NCBI RefSeq assembly: GCF_006345805.1
Contig: NW_021824019.1
Coordinates: forward strand, 1 to 20,665
Length of the DNA stretch: 20,665 bases
DNA from: Octopus sinensis
Taxonomy: Eukaryota
Direction: 5' to 3'
A program made the translations under genes and the position numbers. Numbering within the stretch: the stretch's first letter is position 1; the number at the start of each line of letters is the position of its first letter. Below are positions 19,493-20,665 of the stretch, one piece after another. The notes beneath the pieces are model-generated. The model was given only the letters and a program-made list of their open reading frames with translations. It was not told the DNA's origin and ran no database searches.

Positions 19493-19611
19493 TATAATAT
19501 ATTGATAAATAAATGTAATATACATATATATGGTGCATATGTGTGTGTATAAATACATATATTTATATCCACACACAGATGTGTGCGTGTGTGTATGTGT
19601 GTGTGTGTGTA

Positions 19612-19644
<33 letters not shown>

Positions 19645-19646
19645 GT

Positions 19647-19688
<42 letters not shown>

Positions 19689-19816
19689 AAGATATGCAAG
19701 TAGATCTCTACATCAATTTACATTGATGAGTTTTCACTTATTCGATCAACTGACCCCACTGCAGACAGAAGTAATGTAATTGGTTGAGTATACCAGAGTT
19801 ATGCATTGGTTCCATA

Positions 19817-20389
19817 TAGTACAGCTTCGTCGAGGAAAGAAGCACTACCGACACTATTTTCATAGTCAGGCAATGGCAAGAGAAGTACCTAGCTAAGAAT
19901 AAACCATTTCACCTAGCATTCGATGATCTAGAGAAACCCTTCGATAGAGTGCCCCCCACTGTGGGATATGGTGGGCTCTGAGGCTATGTACAAATATGCT
20001 GTCAGTAAGGTGAGAGTTAACCACAAGTACAGTGAAGAATTTGGTGTTCATCAAGGCTCATTCTTCAGTCCCCTCCTTTTCACCATTGTCCTCCAGACCA
20101 TAACAAAGGAATTCTAGACCTCAGCCACAGGGAGCTACTATGTGCTGATAATCTTGCCCTCATAACAGATTCTATATCAGAGCTAGATGAAAATTTCCAG
20201 GTGTGGAAGCAAAAACTGGAATCTAAGGGCCTTAAGGTTAACTTAGCAAAGACTAAGGTCCTAATAAGCAATAAAACAGACAGGACCCTAACCTTCCTTA
20301 GGTGGCACTGTTTGATTTGTAGGAAACGTGTAGGCAGGAACTCCATTTGGTGTACCCAATGTAAGCTACAGACACACGAAAGGTGCAGT
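19817..20389 (+). pseudogene. RTE LINE reverse-transcriptase fragment with a downstream Cys-rich motif
   Basis: STTDTIFIVRQWQEKYLAKNKPFHLAFDDLEKPFDRVP...GVHQGSFFSPLLF...LLCADNLALI (decayed YADD)...LKVNLAKTKVL...WHCLICRKRVGRNSIWCTQCKLQTHERCS. Stops, frameshifts and deletions are present. Confidence 0.9.
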
Positions 20390-20465
20390 ATGTTTTCTAT
20401 TATTTTGCAACCTTCCAACATGTAGATTCATATATAAATATCTAGTGAATATACGTACATTTAGT

Positions 20466-20665
20466 GAAGATACATGGCTCAGTGGTTAAAGCATTGAGCT
20501 AACAATCATAAGGTTTTGAGTTCAATTCCCGGACCAGGCTGCATGTGGTGTTCTTCAGCAAGACACTTTACTTCACATTGCTCCAGCTCACTCATCTGTG
20601 GAAATGAGTTGTGATGTCACCAGTGCCAAGCAATATCAGACTTTGCAATTCTGTTGGATAACATC
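20466..20665 (+). mobile_element. tRNA-derived CORE-type SINE 5' part (runs off the window)
   Basis: A box TGGCTCAGTGG, B box GAGTTCAATTCC, then GTGTTCTTCAGCAAGACACTTTACTTCAC...CTCATCTGTGGAAATGAGT, which is similar to the MIR/CORE domain. Confidence 0.8.

Noticed and set aside
18818-19779. ORFs up to 237 aa (YIHT / MYVC repeats)
   Set aside because: They are translations of (TATG)n and (GT)n.

Overview
No protein-coding gene, rRNA or real tRNA can be supported in this window. It is AT-rich, repeat-saturated animal DNA. The SINE, MITE and RTE families look like those I recall from octopus/cephalopod genomes; this species call is from memory and was not searched. The long ORFs in the track come from microsatellites or repeats. 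The only ORFs with real protein homology are dead transposase (mariner, maT/DD37D) and RTE retrotransposon fragments. Main highlights: (1) an intact-looking minimal type I hammerhead ribozyme (10546-10591) with a palindromic stem III, inside a ~472-bp non-coding unit with 70-bp direct terminal repeats and an inverted partial copy, embedded in (TA)n, i.e. a Penelope-like/retrozyme architecture; (2) a 253-bp tandem array (2756-4235) that is really six piggyBac-type TTAA MITEs separated by five near-identical 23-bp spacers; (3) several nested insertions with readable target-site duplications, including SINE > SINE > piggyBac MITE; (4) two further long foldback palindromes (14602-14792, 18398-18890); (5) modular SINEs that swap 3' tails with RTE LINE ends.
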